A stretch of DNA of 64,000 nt, from NCBI GenBank assembly GCA_907165135.1, contig OU015569.1:6634001-6698000 (forward strand), given 5' to 3'. The translations under genes were made by a program, and so were the position numbers. Below are positions 62,325 through 64,000 of this stretch, piece by piece. This stretch comes from Oikopleura dioica. Taxonomy: Eukaryota > Animalia > Chordata. The stretch's first letter is position 1. The number at the start of each line of letters is the position of its first letter. A model generated the notes under the pieces. It was not told the origin of the DNA. It searched no databases and saw only the letters and a list, made by a program, of their open reading frames with translations.

Positions 62325-64000
62325 TCAGTCGTTAACAATTTCAGCAGCAATGTTTCTTTTTATAAATATGTTAGCAGCAACAATCGTCCAGAAGGCACTG
62401 TTGAAGACAAGGAAGAGAGCCGGAAATACTTTTCTAGCGAGTGAGTCGAGCCACATCGCCGCTAATCCGGAAATGACAACGTTCCTCTGTTGGTCAAGCT
62501 CTTCTATGTTTCCAACAAGACTCGCACGGCGCCGACTTTGCCCAGCGCGATTTATTTTTTTCATCAACCGGGCGTGCTAATAATGCTATTATCCAATTGA
62601 TTCGGATTTAATACCTCTGAGGACCTAGAGCTTTCGGAGCCATTTTTATCGCAGTCCATGTTCCCTGTCGGAATAGCTACAATATGGTAGTGTTCAATAC
62701 TGTGATATGTAAGAAAGTAACTACCAGCTAGTGCATTCGCGGCCATCAATAATGACGGACGTAAGTTTTCGATTATTCCTGACGACTGCCGCTGTTTCTT
62801 TCTGAGCAAGACTTTTAAAAATATTTGGCAAACTGAATTGACAAGTTCCCGATTCCCAAAATTTTATATAATAAATACTATCCTTGAGCAACAGTGTTTT
62901 CGATCATGGTGCCAAAGACAAAAATATTACAGACGATGAGCCAGACGTCAAGAGCTATGGAAGGAACTAATAGCTTAAATAATTTATCGAGTTACCTTTG
63001 AGATATGATACTTTTGGCATGCTCGAGTTGATAGACTGCGACTGTCCAAGAATCGCAAGAAAGGTGGTGACGCCGAGTGTGACACGAGCAGGAACGTGAT
63101 CGACTTTTATCCAGAACGCGAAGAAGCTAACAATCACGCAAAGAAAGCTTGGCAAAAACTTTTTGAATATTTGCAAATATAATGACTTTTTAAAAATATT
63201 CTTTGCGAAATATTTTCCTGGAAGATGATATTTATACTGTATCGCCTCTCAAGAAGCATGAATAGTTCAGAGCAGTCGACTTCCTGCATGAAACGGCGCG
63301 TATGGCAAGGCGCACTAGTCAGGTTGCTCGTTTTTCGGTTGGAAATCGTGGCGATTCTGAATCCAGCTGGAGACTCGTGAATTAAGGAAGAGGAGACCGC
63401 AACGACGTCCAGTTTGCTCTCGTCGGAGTAGAACGAAACTGGGCATTCCTGACTGTCGAAAGGCTTATTTGATTTGTTACAGCTATCGAACAAAAGTCTT
63501 ACATAGAAAGTCAAGTCCATAAAGCACATAAGCAAAAGGTCGACTCGTTTCAGCAATTGAATTTCGCCAGATTTATCGATATGAAGCGCCTCGATTCGCT
63601 CGATTGATGGATTGCCGACCATGTTTAAAATAGATATCTGTGGCATCCAGATCAAGTCGGTCACGGCCCGTTTTAGGTTTTAAAAGAAATTTCGCTCGAT
63701 CTTTCATTATTTTTAATTCCTACTCTGTGCGTTGGCTGTCTCGACAGTCAAATTTCGCAGACGCTCGTCCGTCCATGTTAGAGTCATAAAGACTGATAAA
63801 TCAAGCTCTAAATTTGGTGCAATTAAATTCGCGAAATTTTCCCACAACTGACCCATTTGGCTTTCGCTCACTCCTCTGAGACTGCTGATCGAAAGTTTTA
63901 TCCCCGTGGTAGCATTTTCAGGAGCTACGTACTTTCTTACTTTCCTTAACAATTTGAAGCTACTAATAAATAGTTGTTGGAAAATCTTCCTGTAACAGAA
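62325..64000 (-). CDS. Cys-loop ligand-gated anion channel subunit (GlyR/GABA-A family), 5' end beyond the window
   Basis: DLSVFMTLTWTDERL, IWMPQ, Cys loop CFMDLTFY|PFDSQEC, M1 FLPSFLCVIVSFFAFWI, anion-type PAR motif and M2 PARVTLGVTTFLAILGQ, MPKVSYLK|ALDVWLIVC (M3), M4 LDSLARKVFPALFLVFNSAFW. Confidence 0.92.

Noticed and set aside
62870-62890. Apparent GA donor after M3 of the Cys-loop channel
   Set aside because: A canonical GT 4 nt downstream gives an equally plausible open frame, so it cannot be counted as non-canonical.

Overview
Eukaryotic, gene-dense window with very short introns (mostly 35-60 nt), several non-canonical GA-AG and GC-AG introns, splice acceptors directly before start codons, and a tunicate-type muscle actin. 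Together these point to the larvacean Oikopleura dioica or a close relative (inference). Recognisable genes: ankyrin/C2H2 zinc-finger protein, synaptobrevin/VAMP, muscle actin, Dicer, GPN2, two MATH-like paralogues nested antisense inside GPN2, MTERF3, a type-B carboxylesterase, two trypsin-family proteases, a CUB protein, a GH36/raffinose-synthase-like enzyme probably joined to a mucin stalk and TM anchor, and a partial anion-selective Cys-loop channel. Three non-autonomous DNA transposons have clear TIRs and TSDs. Top findings: (1) a 1.57-kb hAT-like foldback element in a coding exon whose TIRs supply a GT donor and an AG acceptor, so splicing would leave an in-frame 21-nt scar; (2) a Dicer with all helicase ATPase motifs degenerate and a ~330-aa acidic insertion; (3) a tandem-acceptor switch giving VAMP either no luminal tail or a ~90-aa one; (4) a probable mucin-stalked, membrane-anchored GH36-like glycosidase. 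All exon structures were assembled by eye. Several single-base homopolymer frameshifts suggest residual long-read assembly errors. No rRNA, tRNA or CRISPR array was found.
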